The notes below the pieces were generated by a model, which did not search any database, was not told where the DNA came from, and was given only the letters and a program-made list of their open reading frames with translations. Below, piece by piece: positions 38,371-47,913 of a DNA stretch of 64,000 bases. Each line of letters starts with the position of its first letter. Position 1 is the stretch's first letter. This DNA comes from an uncultured virus (IMG/VR IMGVR_UViG_3300027406_000071). Lineage: Duplodnaviria > Heunggongvirae > Uroviricota > Caudoviricetes. The translations under genes were made by a program, and so were the position numbers. The stretch is from IMG/VR virus record IMGVR_UViG_3300027406_000071; one strand, 5' to 3'.

Positions 38371-39744
38371 TTAGAATCTAATTTTACCACCAGTTAGTAT
38401 TTGATAGTTGAGGGCATTTCCACCTGATTGCCAAACTCCAGTAAAACTGATATTGTATTTAAATGTTTTTGTAATTTGTATATCCCAAGAACTAAATGGA
38501 ACTATAAGAACACCTGGATCCCACCATTGACCTTCATAGTATTGTGTGAATGGAGAATAGACTCCTAGAATTAAAGCCGATGTTGTAATCTTTGGACTAA
38601 CTCTAAAGTTTCTATGAACTCCAGTAACTGCTGATAGATTTTGTAGTTCTCTTTTACCTAATTTACCTATAGTAAAATTTAAACCAGCCATTCCAGTGAA
38701 TTTCTTCTTACCAAACTTAAATGATTCTAAAACAGTAGTTGTGTTTAAATGATTTTGATTAAAATTAGTCATTGTAGTATTTGCACCTACTAAATTAAAT
38801 GTTCTATTCGGATTGATCCATGATTTATAGAAAGTTAAACTAAAATCATTAGTTACAGTTGTATATGTAAATAGTGCTCCTTGAACTCTGCTCTTTTTTG
38901 TATTAGCACTAGTAATAGAACCTACTACTTTTACTTGACGTCCATTTGAGTTATCTTGGTTGTCAATAACTACAATATCGCCTGATGCAATTAAAGAACC
39001 TCTGTTTTTATTATCTGATTCTCCACCATCAACTGCATTTGAAATAGAATTAGCTAAAGACATACCTAATCCGCCTTCTTTTGATTCATCTTCTGTTTTT
39101 GTTTCAGCGCTACCTGTTGAAGTGCCACCTCCACCTGTATTACTTTGTTCATTACTAGTTTGATTAGAACCAGAGCCATTAGATTGTTCCGAACTAGACT
39201 CTGAATTACTATTCTCATTATTTTTATTATCGGAACTATTAGATTCACTATTAGAATCTTCAGATTCTTTATTAGAGTTAGAACTTTGTTCTCCTGATTT
39301 CTTCTTTTTCTTTTTCTTCTTCTTCTTTTTGTTTGCATTATCAATAGCCTCTGCTACTGGAACACCTGATGATGAAAGTGCTTGTGGTAACATATCTCCA
39401 CCTAACACATTCATTATATTTGTAATTACTGTAATAGTATTTTGAACTATTATAGCATTTGTATTATTTGTAATAGCTTGAGTAACGCTTTGACATGGAT
39501 TCGCAGAATTAGCCTGAGTAACTAAATTCATCCATGCATCAAAAGTACCATCTGTAAAATCTGGTTGTGTAAATGTCTGAACATTGCCAAAATAATTTAA
39601 GGCAATCTCATCACTTGAACCCATTTGAATTGTTTGTTGATTCAGAGTACATGGATCTGTAAACGTATAAGACCACTGGCCATAACTGACTAGTGGTGCT
39701 AAGAATAACAGAACTGTTATTATTTTATTCTTCAAATATCCCAC
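38371..39744 (-). CDS. Secreted protein with probable C-terminal outer-membrane beta-barrel
   Basis: Signal peptide, Lys run and Ser/Asn linker, alternating beta-strand pattern, terminal GGKIRF. Confidence 0.6.
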   Translation of the reverse strand: MGYLKNKIITVLLFLAPLVSYGQWSYTFTDPCTLNQQTIQMGSSDEIALNYFGNVQTFTQPDFTDGTFDAWMNLVTQANSANPCQSVTQAITNNTNAIIVQNTITVITNIMNVLGGDMLPQALSSSGVPVAEAIDNANKKKKKKKKKKKSGEQSSNSNKESEDSNSESNSSDNKNNENSNSESSSEQSNGSGSNQTSNEQSNTGGGGTSTGSAETKTEDESKEGGLGMSLANSISNAVDGGESDNKNRGSLIASGDIVVIDNQDNSNGRQVKVVGSITSANTKKSRVQGALFTYTTVTNDFSLTFYKSWINPNRTFNLVGANTTMTNFNQNHLNTTTVLESFKFGKKKFTGMAGLNFTIGKLGKRELQNLSAVTGVHRNFRVSPKITTSALILGVYSPFTQYYEGQWWDPGVLIVPFSSWDIQITKTFKYNISFTGVWQSGGNALNYQILTGGKIRF

Positions 39745-40429
39745 GCTTTATCATTCTTTTTACGATACGAGCAGTTCCAGATTCTAGGGCTTTCTTAGTT
39801 GCAATACCAATTGTTGATTGATTGAATTTGACAACATTGTCTTCACCAATCTTTGATCTTTTAATCGTGACTGCTTCACCACTTCCACTGCCTGTGAAAA
39901 TAGTTCCAGTTTCAGCATTAACAAATCTTACTTGCATACCAATAATAGTTTTTAGTACAGTCTTTACTCCATCAACTGTAACTTCTTCTTCCTCAGATAC
40001 TGAATAGTCATATATTTCTACATATACAAAATACTCTGCTAACACAACATTACCTACAACTTTAATATCATTTGCCGATATACCTTTTGCTGCAGCTTTA
40101 TGTTGCTTAACCATTCTCTGTTTGATTTCTTCTTTATCTTCTGTAAATAGAAATCTATCTGTCCATTCTAAATAAGACAGAGTAATATTACTAACACCTA
40201 AACCAACTCTATTCTCTCTCAATTCTGGATAGAATTCATATAGTTCTGGTGTAAAGCCTATATTTAATACTTGAATAGGCAATTGATAATCTAACATATA
40301 GTCAGATACCTCATCGATGTCTGCTTTTTGTTCAAAACTAGCTTTATAGTCTTCAGTCTCAGTTTTACCTATTTGAGCATTAACTGTAAAGGTAACTAAC
40401 AAAAAGACCAGTGTAAATAATCTTACCAT
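39725..40429 (-). CDS. CsgG/HfaB-like protein
   Basis: Signal peptide; GLGVSN, RFLFTED, IYDYSV, MQVRFVNAETG. Confidence 0.7.
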   Translation of the reverse strand: MVRLFTLVFLLVTFTVNAQIGKTETEDYKASFEQKADIDEVSDYMLDYQLPIQVLNIGFTPELYEFYPELRENRVGLGVSNITLSYLEWTDRFLFTEDKEEIKQRMVKQHKAAAKGISANDIKVVGNVVLAEYFVYVEIYDYSVSEEEEVTVDGVKTVLKTIIGMQVRFVNAETGTIFTGSGSGEAVTIKRSKIGEDNVVKFNQSTIGIATKKALESGTARIVKRMIKRGIFEE

Positions 40430-40686
40430 GTTATTTCGTCTTCTTTCTTTTCTTTAACAATCACTTTTGGTGCTTCCTTCTTTTCCACTATATTATTAAT
40501 AATAATTTGTGGTTGAGCCGGAATACTATCTTGTACTACAACTGGAGTAGGTTCCTTTTTTGGAGATAACCAACCTTCCATGTTAGTAATAAAGATACCA
40601 AACCCAGCGGCGATGACTAAGCCAACGCCGGCAATGATTTGATTTTTAATTTCAGAAAAGAATTTGTTTTCTTTTTTATCTGACAT
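40423..40686 (-). CDS. Small single-TM protein
   Basis: IIAGVGLVIAAGFGIFI. Confidence 0.65.
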   Translation of the reverse strand: MSDKKENKFFSEIKNQIIAGVGLVIAAGFGIFITNMEGWLSPKKEPTPVVVQDSIPAQPQIIINNIVEKKEAPKVIVKEKKEDEITW

Positions 40687-40691
40687 TCTTC

Positions 40692-40883
40692 TTAGTTTAT
40701 TTTTAATGTACTAAGTATTATATAAGTTACTAATGTAAATAGTAGACCATTCATGATCTTCTCATCAGCTTCTTTTTGTGTTAGTACTTTTTTCTCGCAA
40801 CATCCATCTGAAGTAGGCTTTGTAGCTCCACATCCAAATAGTAGTATTGAACTTAACGACAGTGCAATCATCTTCTTTCTCAT
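40692..40883 (-). CDS. Small lipoprotein with C-terminal hydrophobic helix
   Basis: Lipobox LFGC. Confidence 0.55.
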   Translation of the reverse strand: MRKKMIALSLSSILLFGCGATKPTSDGCCEKKVLTQKEADEKIMNGLLFTLVTYIILSTLKIN

Positions 40884-40890
40884 TATTAAG

Positions 40891-41628
40891 TTATTTTTTT
40901 ATGGTTTTAAATGTTTTAACAAATTGGCCATTAGTAACTTGTAAGAGATAAACACCTTGTGGTAATGAAGATAGATCCATTTGAAATTGTACCCATCCTG
41001 CAAAGAATCTTTTACTTTCTTTTAAAAATTCTGAACCATTATAGTTTAATACTCTGACAATATAATCGCCATTGTCTGGTACTGTCAGGTCAAATGTAAT
41101 TGGACCTTTTGTTGGAACTGGATAAACAATTCCATAAATACCATCAGTTGGCCTAGTATCAAATGGCATTGATCGTTTATTCACATAGCCATCTGTGTTT
41201 TCAACATCAATATCCCATCCTAATTCTGTGCCAGCTGTTTTTCTACCAATCGTAATTGGAATTGTGTCCCAATCTTGATTAGTAACCCTAAATCTTACCG
41301 TAAATAATTCTGTTGTATTAATTATAGTAAAATTACCGAAGGAAGCGTCATAACCGCCCCATCTAACAGTTTCACCTTCCCAGTCCATAGTATATGTTAA
41401 CCACTCTTGAGCTTTAGGTGTCACAGTAATCGATACAAACTCTAAATAGTCTGGATCATAGTTCAATGCAAATTCTAAACTACCAACATCTTCGCCTGAA
41501 GTTTCAATTTCTACAGGCAGATTAATAAACTCACTTACAGGCACATCAATCTCAGGTACGTTAAATACGACCTGAGATTGTGCACATGTGGTGAACAATA
41601 CTAATATTGTTAGTAGTATATTCCTCAT
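40891..41628 (-). CDS. Cohesin-like domain protein with T9SS type A C-terminal sorting domain
   Basis: Signal peptide; SLEFALNYDP...LFTVRF; VYPVPT...DLSSLPQGVYLLQV...FKTIKK. Confidence 0.8.
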   Translation of the reverse strand: MRNILLTILVLFTTCAQSQVVFNVPEIDVPVSEFINLPVEIETSGEDVGSLEFALNYDPDYLEFVSITVTPKAQEWLTYTMDWEGETVRWGGYDASFGNFTIINTTELFTVRFRVTNQDWDTIPITIGRKTAGTELGWDIDVENTDGYVNKRSMPFDTRPTDGIYGIVYPVPTKGPITFDLTVPDNGDYIVRVLNYNGSEFLKESKRFFAGWVQFQMDLSSLPQGVYLLQVTNGQFVKTFKTIKK

Positions 41629-41629
41629 A

Positions 41630-42724
41630 TTAATTTAAACCTGTACCGTTGGCATCACCTAATATTAATAGGTAGAAATTACCAGTGGTAGTTCCATTAA
41701 TTTGTGGAGATAAAAATACTGATAGTCCTGGAATTGAACTTGACTGATCTGAACTTGAAGCATTAATAGTATTATATTGTGCTTCAGTAAAGAATAATAC
41801 ATCTGGATTAGAAGCGTAACTTGAGTTACCTTGTGCTAATCTAGAGAATACTAAGTAAGAATCCGATGCTGTAATTCCAGTAGCTTGATTTGGATTTGCA
41901 GTATAGAACTGAATACCAGAAGCTGATTGTACTCCCGCAACAATTTGTGCGATCATATTAGCATCTGCAGTTGATAGTGCTGCACTTGCATCTAGTCCAC
42001 TTGCAATCTTAAGTCTAATTTGCCAGTAAGATTGGTCTAAGCTTTCTGAGAATGTTGCTGTTCCATCTGCTGCCGTTGTTACTGTAGTTACATCTGTCCA
42101 AGTATTTCCATCTGATGATTTCTGTAAAATCACAGGAATAGATTCAGCTGGATTTGTTCCACTATTTAAGATAGTTGCTACATAATCAAACACAGGTTCT
42201 ATAAAGTTACCACCATTATCTTGTGTACCTAGAGCTCCATCTGTTCCATCAGCCTTTACATAATAAGCAGTAAGATTAGTAGTAAAATCTACGTCAGCAA
42301 CTGCTCCGTTTGTGTAATTTGATAGAAAAGGTGCGTTTACTGTAAACATATTACCAGCAATCATATCGAAAGTGGTAGATGCTCCAGTATAAACCCATAC
42401 TACTTTTACTACTCCGTTTGTTGAATCAACGTCATACGACAAATATCCAACTGGGCCAGATGTATTGTTATATGCTACTGTTGGTTCATCAAATACTGCG
42501 TTATCATAATTAAACGAAAACTGAATACCTTTAACTGCATTACCAGACGTGTTATCATAGTAAATATCAAACTCAGTGTTTGAGCTCGAACCAGTAGATT
42601 CTAAAGTGTACGTTGAATCAAAAATAACATAAGGCTTTGTTGCATCAGGCGCAGTCGTCTGCCCGAAGACAGTCATTGTACTGATAGCTAAAGCCAGTGT
42701 TAGAAGAATGTTTTTTAATTTCAT
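41630..42724 (-). CDS. Secreted cohesin-like plus dockerin-like protein
   Basis: Signal peptide; GIQFSFNYDN; STADA...NPNQATGITASD; terminal GDANG. Confidence 0.65.
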   Translation of the reverse strand: MKLKNILLTLALAISTMTVFGQTTAPDATKPYVIFDSTYTLESTGSSSNTEFDIYYDNTSGNAVKGIQFSFNYDNAVFDEPTVAYNNTSGPVGYLSYDVDSTNGVVKVVWVYTGASTTFDMIAGNMFTVNAPFLSNYTNGAVADVDFTTNLTAYYVKADGTDGALGTQDNGGNFIEPVFDYVATILNSGTNPAESIPVILQKSSDGNTWTDVTTVTTAADGTATFSESLDQSYWQIRLKIASGLDASAALSTADANMIAQIVAGVQSASGIQFYTANPNQATGITASDSYLVFSRLAQGNSSYASNPDVLFFTEAQYNTINASSSDQSSSIPGLSVFLSPQINGTTTGNFYLLILGDANGTGLN

Positions 42725-42741
42725 TTGTTTTTAATTTTTTT

Positions 42742-43938
42742 TTAGTTTTTATGACCCGCTCTTATTACATAGAAAGTTGTTTGATTTCCATTGGCTAAAT
42801 CAAAGAGGGACCATGCTCCGTAACCGGAGAGTTGTGATTTGTCATCTGAATCCGCAGCAACTGCCGGCCAAATGGTCGGGTTTTGCCAGGAATTTGTGTT
42901 CCATATTTCTTGTCCTCCACCAGGGTAACTGGAAATGTTACCTTGTCTCTTCTGGTGCATTAGATAAATGTCAGAGGCAGAAAATGAACCTGTATTATTT
43001 ACATCAAGTCTCCAATAATCTTTAGAACTAACTGTATCTGATAGTAATCTGTCTTGAAACCAGTTAATATCTGAAGTTGTAAGCGTTCCTATTGTCGGAA
43101 TGATGTCTATTGTAAAATCGTAATCGTTGTAATTTAACGTAGTATTAAATGAATAATATCCATTTGAATCTGTTGTTGTAGTGGCTTGTGTTGTATATGA
43201 GAAACCTACTTGGTTTTTATTCTGTGTCTTTAGGTAAACTGTTTGTCCTACAATACCTTGTTCTTCTGCTCCTTTAATATACCCACTTGCCGTGATAGGT
43301 ACTGCGTTAGGATCTGTAGAAGTCCATTCTGCAAATGGATGACTGGGACTGAGTTGATTAAATTGACCTGTATTATAGTTAGCGGGTATTTCATATTGAA
43401 AATTTGCAGCACCTATACCACCAAAATTTTGAATTCTATATTCAAACTCATACCATACAGTTTTATCTAGGGTTGCCGTACCATAAGCCCATGTATTCCA
43501 ACCATAATGTTTAGTAACTATATCATTAGTCTTACCAATACCTTTAATCATAAACTCATGTGAGTCATCTGTGAAAGTTCTAAATCGATATGTACCTGAT
43601 TTGTTAGGTTTAAACCAACCGGAATAGATAATTGCATATCTTTGACTGCCCCATCTTGGTGGATTCCATAGTTGATAAGGAGTATGATTACCACCTCTTG
43701 GGCCTTGGTAACTTGTTATATCTATAGGTCCCCATGTATAGAGTGTAGTACCGCCATCGGCAAGATTAACCATAGCGTCAAATTCTGAATGCGAGTTAGC
43801 ATTACCTGTATAATATTGACCTGATTGATTCCCACCATAGTGAGTCTTAAGTGACTTTAAGTTTACTGTAGTAGTTTGTGCATGGACGATAGGCATCGCC
43901 AAGATAAAACACAAGAGGAATAATTTGAAGTACTTCAT
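42742..43938 (-). CDS. Secreted PA14-domain protein with dockerin-like C-region
   Basis: YSGWFKPNKSGTYRFRTFTDDS (PA14 DD); LDVNNTGSFSASD. Confidence 0.7.
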   Translation of the reverse strand: MKYFKLFLLCFILAMPIVHAQTTTVNLKSLKTHYGGNQSGQYYTGNANSHSEFDAMVNLADGGTTLYTWGPIDITSYQGPRGGNHTPYQLWNPPRWGSQRYAIIYSGWFKPNKSGTYRFRTFTDDSHEFMIKGIGKTNDIVTKHYGWNTWAYGTATLDKTVWYEFEYRIQNFGGIGAANFQYEIPANYNTGQFNQLSPSHPFAEWTSTDPNAVPITASGYIKGAEEQGIVGQTVYLKTQNKNQVGFSYTTQATTTTDSNGYYSFNTTLNYNDYDFTIDIIPTIGTLTTSDINWFQDRLLSDTVSSKDYWRLDVNNTGSFSASDIYLMHQKRQGNISSYPGGGQEIWNTNSWQNPTIWPAVAADSDDKSQLSGYGAWSLFDLANGNQTTFYVIRAGHKN

Positions 43939-44010
43939 ATACTACATCAAGTCAGGCACAATACATTTATTGATTAGAGGCTAGACTAACATATTTTTTT
44001 TATTATTATA

Positions 44011-44040
44011 TTATATATCTATAATGTTGAAGATATATAA
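44011..44040. promoter_or_regulatory. Divergent pair of class III (late-like) GATATATAA motifs
   Basis: ttatatatc 44011-44019 (-) and gatatataa 44032-44040 (+); about ten more copies upstream of genes. Confidence 0.6.
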
Positions 44041-44106
44041 CATTAGGCCAGTCGCAACGGCGACACTTAACTTCTCGGCCTAGAACTCTTAAACACTTTT
44101 TTACAA

Positions 44107-45384
44107 ATGCTGAAATACTCAATGATAGCCTTTCTGGGGCTTTTTCTAGTTACTAGCGCATATGCGCAAACTTGTGATTTAACACTCATAAGTCAAACAC
44201 CACCTGTCACAACAGAAGATGACCATTCTTTTGTAATTGAATTTGTTAATGCAGAAAACTGTGGATGTAATGAATTTACTCAGTGGGATGAAAATACTTG
44301 CGATGGCAATGGATCTAGTTCCGTAAATAATAATGAAAATGTATCTCATCTTGTTTTTGGTATTCATTATGTAAATGAAATCACTGGAGAAGACTTAGGA
44401 GAAAACACAGATTGTACTTCTACAACATTTCATCCAGGTTGGTCATATACTAATGTTACAAATTGGGGTGGTTGGGAAACTGGAGATGTCGTTACTATTA
44501 ATATAAATCCACCATTTGCCTGGGAGTGTATTTTAGCCACGCCCCTTGAGGGATATTGTTGGGAAGTAGTAATATGGCAGATTAATCTTTCTCAAACTGC
44601 GGGTTATGATGATTTTCCAGATAACGGATGGACTGTTGGTAATAGTTTTAATCAAACGCAAACATATCCTGATATTAATATAGATGATAATAGAATAGCT
44701 GTTTGTTATGATCCTTGTGTACCTGACACTATAATCGAATACATTACTGATACGATTTATATAGAAACTATTGATACTCTTTATGTAACTGATACTATTA
44801 TTGAATATGTAGACAATTTTATTACTGATACTCTTTATGTAGAAACCATTGACACAGTATATGTTGATGTTGAAGTTTTCGTTGAGGTTTTTATCACCGA
44901 TACTATTACTGAAATTGAGTACATTACAGAATATGTTACTGACACTCTTTTTATTACAACTGTCGATACAGTTGAAGTTATTGTATATGAATTCTTAACA
45001 GATACGGTTTATGAGTATATTTCTATTGATTGTGAAACTGGATTAGAATGTATTGATGATCCTGGTTTAGTTTGCCCAGATTGGACTTCAGTTTATCTTC
45101 CAAATACATTTACACCAAATAATGATGGTTTAAACGATACATGGAAAATGGTTTATGATTTAGATTGTTGGGTAGATGTAGAATTTAAAATATTTAATAG
45201 ATGGGGAGACATGATCTACTCTGGTAAGGGTGATTATTATGATTCATATCCTTATTGGGATGGTAGTGTCAATGGTGGTGATCACTATGCTACCGATGGA
45301 GTTTACACATATACATTCTACGCTAAGAAATTTGGATCTACAGAAGTATTCCAAAGACACGGGCACATAACAATATTTAGATAA
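44107..45384 (+). CDS. Secreted protein with DT-repeat stalk and T9SS type B (gliding-motility-associated) C-terminal domain
   Basis: Signal peptide; YLPNTFTPNNDGLND, IFNRWG, WDG, GVYTY, GHITIFR. Confidence 0.85.
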   Translation: MLKYSMIAFLGLFLVTSAYAQTCDLTLISQTPPVTTEDDHSFVIEFVNAENCGCNEFTQWDENTCDGNGSSSVNNNENVSHLVFGIHYVNEITGEDLGENTDCTSTTFHPGWSYTNVTNWGGWETGDVVTININPPFAWECILATPLEGYCWEVVIWQINLSQTAGYDDFPDNGWTVGNSFNQTQTYPDINIDDNRIAVCYDPCVPDTIIEYITDTIYIETIDTLYVTDTIIEYVDNFITDTLYVETIDTVYVDVEVFVEVFITDTITEIEYITEYVTDTLFITTVDTVEVIVYEFLTDTVYEYISIDCETGLECIDDPGLVCPDWTSVYLPNTFTPNNDGLNDTWKMVYDLDCWVDVEFKIFNRWGDMIYSGKGDYYDSYPYWDGSVNGGDHYATDGVYTYTFYAKKFGSTEVFQRHGHITIFR

Positions 45385-45385
45385 C

Positions 45386-45745
45386 ATGAAATCATTAATT
45401 ATTTCCCTGCTATTTCTTCTACCTTTTTATACGGTAGCACAATGCAATCAACATGTCTTTACCTCTGTTGGTGCTGAAAAATGGACTAACTTTCAATATC
45501 AAGATTGTGATGGTGGTGCACATTATTTTGGCTTGCCAGCTGGAGGTTATACTATAATCTTCTGTGCAGATATCGGTACTGCTTTCGTTTTAAATGGAGA
45601 TGGTTATGTATTTCCTCTATTAACAGAACATCCTAATTATGCTTCGTGTGTTCAAACAGAATGTGAAGGTGATTTTGATGGAGATGGAATTGTAGGAGCA
45701 GAGGATCTGCTTACCTTTTTATCAAACTACGGAGAGTGTAACTAA
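45386..45745 (+). CDS. Small secreted protein with single dockerin/EF-hand repeat
   Basis: Signal peptide; GDFDGDGIVGAEDLLTFLSNYG. Confidence 0.7.
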   Translation: MKSLIISLLFLLPFYTVAQCNQHVFTSVGAEKWTNFQYQDCDGGAHYFGLPAGGYTIIFCADIGTAFVLNGDGYVFPLLTEHPNYASCVQTECEGDFDGDGIVGAEDLLTFLSNYGECN

Positions 45746-46140
45746 ACTGTTTTAGCTATAAGTTTCTTGAATTTTGTTGTAGACCAACCGTGATCTCTGT
45801 TTAAATAATGAATTGGTATATTTAAATTATCACCAGTAAATGGTTTATCAATATAATCATCTCCCAGAAATCTTACATTAAATTCACCCATTTTAAGTAG
45901 ATCTAATAACTGTGCTTCGTATGTATAAATATGTACGCCACAAACTGATTTTAATTCTAGTAACATTTCTGTTCTTTCTTCTACAGATAATATTGGCTTC
46001 AGTTTATGGGGTCTTTCAATTGATGGATCAGTATGTAATAAAACTATTAAACAATCACAATTAGCAGCACACTCTTTAAACATTTTAATATATCCTGGGT
46101 GTATTACATCAAAATTTCCACAAATTACTCCTTTTTTCAT
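45742..46140 (-). CDS. TagD/RfaE-like cytidylyl/adenylyltransferase
   Basis: GNFDVIHPGY (HxGH variant), ER, GDDY, WSTT. Confidence 0.85.
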   Translation of the reverse strand: MKKGVICGNFDVIHPGYIKMFKECAANCDCLIVLLHTDPSIERPHKLKPILSVEERTEMLLELKSVCGVHIYTYEAQLLDLLKMGEFNVRFLGDDYIDKPFTGDNLNIPIHYLNRDHGWSTTKFKKLIAKTV

Positions 46141-46376
46141 TATTTCCATGGTAACATTGTTATGCCTATTTTATTAAATATAAATTCAAAAATGATTATA
46201 AATGTAATTCCACCTACTATTTGCCATGCCCAGAATTTCCATCCTGTTAGACCTTCTTGCCATTTACGAAATCTAGACTTTTTAGCCCATTTATATAGAC
46301 CTAATTTAGTATTGATTTTATTTGCCCACCAACCTATGTCGAATAGATTACCAAATGCTATTAATAGTTTTCTCAT
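46140..46376 (-). CDS. Small membrane protein
   Basis: Trp-rich, C-terminal TM helix. Confidence 0.55.
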   Translation of the reverse strand: MRKLLIAFGNLFDIGWWANKINTKLGLYKWAKKSRFRKWQEGLTGWKFWAWQIVGGITFIIIFEFIFNKIGITMLPWK

Positions 46377-46377
46377 A

Positions 46378-47022
46378 TTATTCTTCTTTACCGTTCCAAT
46401 CTCCATCTTTTAATTTAAATGACCAGAAGGATTTACCTTTAGTGTTTTCATTTGGAAAATCAAAGGAGATTGATCTATGTTTTCCACCATCTTCTATCCA
46501 AGATAGAGTCTTAATAAAATTAGAAGGTATTCTTGCTGGATCTGAATTAGTAGTCCATTCTTCTGAAAAATAAATAGTAATATCAACTTCAATGTCATCG
46601 TATATTGCAGCTAAATCTCTTTCAAATCCTTCTAATGCAGCCCACGCTCCTCTATTTAAATTCTGATGTTGTAATGCACAATTAGTATAAGTAAATGTAG
46701 TTTCTAACCATTCCTTTTTACATGAGAATGTATTTGCTGGCGCCATGTGACCTTTATCCCATACATTATCACTATAATCTGAAGAAGATGATGTTTTAAT
46801 ACCTTCTACTTTTGTAAAGCTTATGCCATGTCTAGGATATGATGGTGCAGTTGCATCACAAATAACAGTATATTTTACCATTAATGGTTGTTGATATGTT
46901 TGTGAATATGTAATTTCGTAGATATCTGTTTTTACATCTATGATATTTAATTCATCTTCTTGTGCACTAATTAATGTGCTAAATGCAACAAATGCTGCAA
47001 TAAAAAAAATCTTGTAGTTCAT
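46378..47022 (-). CDS. Secreted DNA/RNA non-specific endonuclease (NucA family)
   Basis: Signal peptide; DKGHMAP, NCALQHQNLNRGAWAALE, IPSNFIK. Confidence 0.9.
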   Translation of the reverse strand: MNYKIFFIAAFVAFSTLISAQEDELNIIDVKTDIYEITYSQTYQQPLMVKYTVICDATAPSYPRHGISFTKVEGIKTSSSSDYSDNVWDKGHMAPANTFSCKKEWLETTFTYTNCALQHQNLNRGAWAALEGFERDLAAIYDDIEVDITIYFSEEWTTNSDPARIPSNFIKTLSWIEDGGKHRSISFDFPNENTKGKSFWSFKLKDGDWNGKEE

Positions 47023-47912
47023 TATTTTATTTGTTTTACCCATGATAGTAGGTTGGTTTCGGGTTTCCAATTTAATGTCTCTTTTATTTTACTAATATCT
47101 GCTACTGATCTTTTAGGTTCTAATCTTTCTTCTATATGTGTAATAATTCCACCAAAAGCTTCGGCTAAATCCATAACACTAGTTTCCTGACCTGATGCAA
47201 CATTCATTATTTTAATTCCGTCATTATCAGTACTATTATAGGCATCAATACACGCAGAAACCACATCACCAACATAAACCCAATCTCTGGTTTGTTGGCC
47301 ATCACCAGTAACAGTAATTGGTTTAAAAGATTCAAATTGATTTAAGAAAATAGGAACAGCACTTAAATAACCACCTTCATTTCTTTGACCTTCTCCATAA
47401 ACATTAAAGAATCTTAATGCAGTGCCTTTAAAGGGATTAGTTTTAAATTCATCTTCTAATAGTAATTCAGTCATTCTTTTTGCTCTTGCGTATGGACTAA
47501 TAGGATTAATTGCACCAGATTCTTTATATGGTAAATTATCTGAGTCTCCATAAATTGCAGCAGTAGATGCGATAATAATATTTTTGTTACCTTGTTTTAA
47601 AGACCACTCAACCATATTAGTTGTACCTCCAACAATTTCTTCATAGTATTTACTAGGATTACTCAAACTTTCTTCAACAGAAACAGGAGCCGCAAGATGA
47701 AATAATGCATCATGTTGTATTTCCCATGTTTGAATAATTGGATTATGTATGTGTTCTTCTATAAAGTCACACCCTAAATCTTTAATGTTGTCTATAGATC
47801 CAGTACTAAAATTATCTATAACAGTTACTTGCCATCCTAGATTTAAAAGTCTTTTTACTAAATGTGTGCCAATAAAACCTGCACCTCCTGTTACTATTGC
47901 TCTTTTACTCAT
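47022..47912 (-). CDS. NAD-dependent sugar epimerase (UDP-glucose 4-epimerase-like)
   Basis: TGGAGFIG, ASTAAIYG, YARAK, RFFNVYG, RDWVYV. Confidence 0.9.
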   Translation of the reverse strand: MSKRAIVTGGAGFIGTHLVKRLLNLGWQVTVIDNFSTGSIDNIKDLGCDFIEEHIHNPIIQTWEIQHDALFHLAAPVSVEESLSNPSKYYEEIVGGTTNMVEWSLKQGNKNIIIASTAAIYGDSDNLPYKESGAINPISPYARAKRMTELLLEDEFKTNPFKGTALRFFNVYGEGQRNEGGYLSAVPIFLNQFESFKPITVTGDGQQTRDWVYVGDVVSACIDAYNSTDNDGIKIMNVASGQETSVMDLAEAFGGIITHIEERLEPKRSVADISKIKETLNWKPETNLLSWVKQIK

Positions 47913-47913
47913 T

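Noticed and set aside
39302..39331. Poly-Lys tract as a frameshift or phase-variation site
   Set aside because: Mixed AAG/AAA codons within an intact frame; only a low-complexity linker
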